Positions 48,753-51,955 of a stretch of DNA of 51,955 nt are shown one piece after another (positions within the stretch are counted from its first letter, which is position 1; the number at the start of each line of letters is the position of its first letter). A model generated the notes under the pieces. It saw only the letters and a list, made by a program, of their open reading frames with translations, did no database searches and had not been told where the DNA came from. Origin of the DNA: a virus (Duplodnaviria; Caudoviricetes); the IMG/VR virus record IMGVR_UViG_3300032218_002598, positions 1 through 51,955 of that record, one strand, 5' to 3'. A program made the translations under genes and the position numbers.

Positions 48753-50477
48753 TTAATTTTTTAAACAGCGAACATTCATACCAGATTTTTTTGGTTGACT
48801 ATTTATGTTGCCATTTTTATCTGCATTATTCATATCAATCTGATAGGCGTTACTATTACTAACCTCTGTTGAAGTCCAAAAATGGCCATAAGCTTTTAAT
48901 TGATCAAAAACCCCAGTATTTACACGCCTACCCCCACCAAGAGCAGTAAACCCAAGACTATCTGTAGCTGGAACCCCATTATTAAGATTAGGAGAATTCC
49001 AATGTGCAGTTCCTGCTTCCTTTAATAAACCTGCTGCCGTACTATAAGTTGTTGGGTTAGTTGGATTGGTAACTACAGGTCCACAAACATTCATAAGTGT
49101 TGTCCATTCGGCTAGTGTTGGAATATGATACCCAGTAGGGGCTAACCCTCTTGGATCATTTACAGCGTACCAATTATATAGCCTGCCATAAACACACTCA
49201 GTTTGAGGGTCATTATTGTAATAACACCATGCCCCTGTTGTAGCTCTTGACCATGCAGTAGGATCTTGTATTTCAGGAATTAAATCCCCATTTGCATAAC
49301 GATCTACAGTTAAACTAGAACCTTTCCATATTTGAGACCCTATTGTAACGTCTGGCAAAGATGGGCAATCTTTAATAAGTCTTACTGAATTCCCATCGTC
49401 TAAAGAAACTCCATAACAATTTGTTATGTTACCTACCCCACTGTTACAGCCACCAGAACATCCATTAATTTGATTTGGAGGGTAAGCCGCTCTCATTCTG
49501 GCTACCCATGCTGAATCAAAATTTACAGGAACACAACTTGAAATAGGGGTAAGTGGGAAAGCTGCTTGTTTATTAGCAAGTTGTATTGTAGATGTCCAAA
49601 ACAAACCTTCCGATTGAAGCCAAAAGAACCCTGATGTATTTATACAGGAAGGACAAATTGCCCTATACCCCCCAGGTAATGCTGTAAACCCAGTTGCATT
49701 TGTTGCATCATTAGGGTTAAACCAATGTGCAGTGCCTGCTTCTTTTAAAAGTCTTCCAGCAATTAAGTTTGATGCTACAACTTGATTTAATGGAGCAATA
49801 ACATTCCACATTGAATAATATTCATAATATGATGGAATACGATATCCGACAGGGGCTAAACCTCTTGGATCTTTTACAGCAGCATAATTATAAAGTTTCC
49901 CGTAAATACATTCATTTGCAGGATCATTATTATAATAACACCATGCGCCTGTTGTTAAAGATGCCCATTGCGTATAATCTGTTACTTGTGGGATAGGGTC
50001 TCCATTTCTATATGTTGTTACATTCAAATTGCAAGCTGTCCATGTTTGTGTCCCAATTGTTACGTCTGGTAAAGTGCAACAATTTGAAGGGCAATTAAAA
50101 ACATTTTTAGGGTTTTCAGTACAAGGGAACCCTATTTCCCAATTAACTTTTGCTGGCCCCCCTGGGCTATCACCACATACAGATTCAGTAGCTCCTGCGG
50201 CAAGATTTAGTGTTGTATAAATGCCATTACAATTATTGTAATAAGCAACTTTACTAGTAGTACTTATATTTGTAAATTTAATACAAAAACAATTAGGTAC
50301 TGTATTAGAAGGCGACCTAAGTAGTGCACTTTCTGATATAGTAGATTTAAAATTTATAAGTCTCCCATCGGCTCCAATTATCTGTACAATAGCATAATCA
50401 TACCCGCTTACATCAAGTGTTAGCTGGGATGCCCCATTTTTTATTTGTGTTGTTAAATCTAAATATTGCGCTATCAT
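48753..50477 (-). CDS. Tandem Fib_succ_major (FISUMP) domain protein fused to N-terminal half of paralog copy 2
   Basis: MIAQYLD...SGYDY start; two copies of VTIG.Q.W...L.V..Y.NGD.IP...YG.LYN..AV...GLAP.GY.IP...GFTAL.GG.R...FWTST...G..VR. Confidence 0.9.
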   Translation of the reverse strand: MIAQYLDLTTQIKNGASQLTLDVSGYDYAIVQIIGADGRLINFKSTISESALLRSPSNTVPNCFCIKFTNISTTSKVAYYNNCNGIYTTLNLAAGATESVCGDSPGGPAKVNWEIGFPCTENPKNVFNCPSNCCTLPDVTIGTQTWTACNLNVTTYRNGDPIPQVTDYTQWASLTTGAWCYYNNDPANECIYGKLYNYAAVKDPRGLAPVGYRIPSYYEYYSMWNVIAPLNQVVASNLIAGRLLKEAGTAHWFNPNDATNATGFTALPGGYRAICPSCINTSGFFWLQSEGLFWTSTIQLANKQAAFPLTPISSCVPVNFDSAWVARMRAAYPPNQINGCSGGCNSGVGNITNCYGVSLDDGNSVRLIKDCPSLPDVTIGSQIWKGSSLTVDRYANGDLIPEIQDPTAWSRATTGAWCYYNNDPQTECVYGRLYNWYAVNDPRGLAPTGYHIPTLAEWTTLMNVCGPVVTNPTNPTTYSTAAGLLKEAGTAHWNSPNLNNGVPATDSLGFTALGGGRRVNTGVFDQLKAYGHFWTSTEVSNSNAYQIDMNNADKNGNINSQPKKSGMNVRCLKN

Positions 50478-50821
50478 TACCCTATTTTAGTCATCATTAT
50501 CAATAACCCCGTAGCTGTAGCAGCTCCTGTCAATTTGATATATCTTCCTACTACTCCTAATCTAACAGGTACATTATCTGCTGCTGTAGTTGTAAATACC
50601 CCATCTATCAATTTAGTACCCCCTGAAGTTGTAAAATTAGTGGCAGTTGTTGGGCTATCATCTTGAACACCCTCTATAGCTCCCCCATCTATTGTCGCTA
50701 ATATACTAACAGAAGTGCCCAATGGCTGTATAACACAATAATCATAGTTGCTTACTTCAAAAACAACTTCACCTCCGTTTGTGTTAAACTCACCTGTTAA
50801 ATCTAAATACTGTGCTAACAT
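50477..50821 (-). CDS. Small paralog copy 1 (intact; putative capsid decoration protein)
   Basis: MLAQYLD...SNYDYCVIQ...TIDGGAIEGV.D...VVGRYIKL...MMTKIG; between portal and scaffold. Confidence 0.8.
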   Translation of the reverse strand: MLAQYLDLTGEFNTNGGEVVFEVSNYDYCVIQPLGTSVSILATIDGGAIEGVQDDSPTTATNFTTSGGTKLIDGVFTTTAADNVPVRLGVVGRYIKLTGAATATGLLIMMTKIG

Positions 50822-50825
50822 AGTT

Positions 50826-50975
50826 TTATTTTTTTATTTTAATTTTTCTTGCCTTCTTAGGTAGTTTTAACCCCTTACTAGCTTTATCCCATTCTCCAAT
50901 ATTTACTCCTTGCTTTTCAAGTTCTTTTTTGTGAACGTGAAAATATTTCATCTGTTGTAAAGATTTATATGGCAT
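50826..50975 (-). CDS. Small basic phage protein (49 aa, not in ORF track)
   Basis: MPYKSLQQMKYFHVHKKELEKQGVNIGEWDKASKGLKLPKKARKIKIKK; MPxKS..Q...EW...KG.KLP pattern. Confidence 0.75.
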   Translation of the reverse strand: MPYKSLQQMKYFHVHKKELEKQGVNIGEWDKASKGLKLPKKARKIKIKK

Positions 50976-50976
50976 A

Positions 50977-51954
50977 TTACGCTTGTTGTGGCATTTCTTG
51001 CCCTTGTTCTTGTGTTGGGGGCATTTCTTGCCCTTGTTCAGGTTGCTGCCCTTCTTGAGGCTGTTCTTGCCCCTGCCCTTGACCTTGCTGTTGCTCCTGT
51101 CCTTGCTGCATCATTTGATCCATAGCCATATTTTCTGCAAATAATGGTAACGCTACGTTATTGATAATCTCTGCTTCCAAAGACTTAAGCGCATCAGGGA
51201 CTTGCATACCCTTTTGATAGATGCCAAATATCCCCGACAAGATTGTCTCTTTTTGTCTTTCCCTGCTAACCATTGACTCTATTTGAGCTTTAGTTTGCAT
51301 TTCCATTTCCATTGTCTTTCTTTTCTCCTGCTCTGATGCTTGTGCTGATTGCATTTGAATTTGTGCATTCATCTCACTTTGCTGTTGAGCCTTCTGCATT
51401 TCTTGCATTATCATAGTCTTTTGCCCCTTGCGTAGTAAAACTTCAGCTAAAGTAACATCTTCCTTCGCCACTCTCATTAATTGGAATGGGTCTATATACA
51501 TTACAAAGGAAGGATTGCTTTGAACCATATAGTTTAACATTGATTCAAACTTTTGCAATTCTACCTCTGTAGGTAACATCTGTATTCTTGTAGAGAAGTT
51601 TCTTCCCTTTACATCATCTTCTTTAATTAGTTTTCTATACACAGAAGAACCGTATTCAACGCTATCCTTAAGTAAGCAACATACTTTCTTTGCCGTATCT
51701 GCCATAACCCACTTATATGCATCATACATATATCCTGTAGCGTTATTGGCTGCATCTTGGGCTGTATTTACATTTGAAGATGTAACCCTTGGTCTTAATG
51801 CTTGTGCAATAAGGTTTGGATCTTCTCCAAGTTCATCTTTTAATACTTGATAATGGAACTGATAAAGGTCTACAAGCCCTTTCATTTGATTCAGGAAGCC
51901 TGCGTTAGCAAGTTCTTGAATAGGTACAGGGATTGGATTCCCTTCTGCATCTCT
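50977..51954 (-). CDS. Portal protein, C-terminal part (5' end outside window)
   Basis: Frame open to window edge (RDAEGNPIPVPIQELANAG...); coiled coil and Gln-rich tail; synteny with scaffold and capsid. Confidence 0.8.
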   Translation of the reverse strand, partial: RDAEGNPIPVPIQELANAGFLNQMKGLVDLYQFHYQVLKDELGEDPNLIAQALRPRVTSSNVNTAQDAANNATGYMYDAYKWVMADTAKKVCCLLKDSVEYGSSVYRKLIKEDDVKGRNFSTRIQMLPTEVELQKFESMLNYMVQSNPSFVMYIDPFQLMRVAKEDVTLAEVLLRKGQKTMIMQEMQKAQQQSEMNAQIQMQSAQASEQEKRKTMEMEMQTKAQIESMVSRERQKETILSGIFGIYQKGMQVPDALKSLEAEIINNVALPLFAENMAMDQMMQQGQEQQQGQGQGQEQPQEGQQPEQGQEMPPTQEQGQEMPQQA

Positions 51955-51955
51955 A

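Noticed and set aside
48753-50100. DGR template/variable repeat pair in the Fib_succ gene
   Set aside because: The two domains differ at all base types with indels, both are coding, and no reverse transcriptase is in the window
8539-50666. Many plus-strand ORFs opposite late genes, and minus-strand ORFs opposite early genes
   Set aside because: Antisense shadows of real genes with biased composition and no motifs
50980-51130. Gln/Glu repeats at the portal 3' end
   Set aside because: Ordinary low-complexity portal tail
1-51955. Stop-codon reassignment as in some crAss-like phages
   Set aside because: Genes are full length in the standard code and tightly packed; TAG and TGA end normal genes; the split genes stop at TAA

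Overview
AT-rich fragment of a lytic podovirus-type phage of Bacteroidota with crAss-like (Crassvirales-related) virion genes. Host assignment rests on TTTG-N19-TAnnTTTG-type promoters, A-rich starts without Shine-Dalgarno sites, and Bacteroidota-type domains. Bases 1-7.7 kb (+ strand) hold small early genes, including RadC/JAB, a minimal ATP-dependent ligase, a tiny lipoprotein and a secreted protein. They converge at a bidirectional terminator (7724-7746) with the minus-strand late region. In transcription order that region encodes: portal (partial), an array of four small paralogous putative decoration genes (two interrupted by adhesin-like inserts), scaffold, major capsid protein, GIY-YIG homing endonuclease, ring/adaptor proteins, GroES, tail stabilization protein, ejection proteins, ferritin, tail fibre-like proteins (three with Sec signal peptides) and a lysis cassette. 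The best candidate for a new system is a 126-nt Y-shaped RNA (35627-35752, minus strand). Its three-way junction carries the same AUAAG linker on all three strands, and it lies 3 nt after a gene fusing a tail-fibre-type anchor to an Arg/Lys-rich domain, suggesting a trimeric protein bound to a pseudo-3-fold RNA on the virion. The second candidate is the split decoration-gene display array (45007-50821). All calls are by eye from motifs and synteny; no database searches were run.
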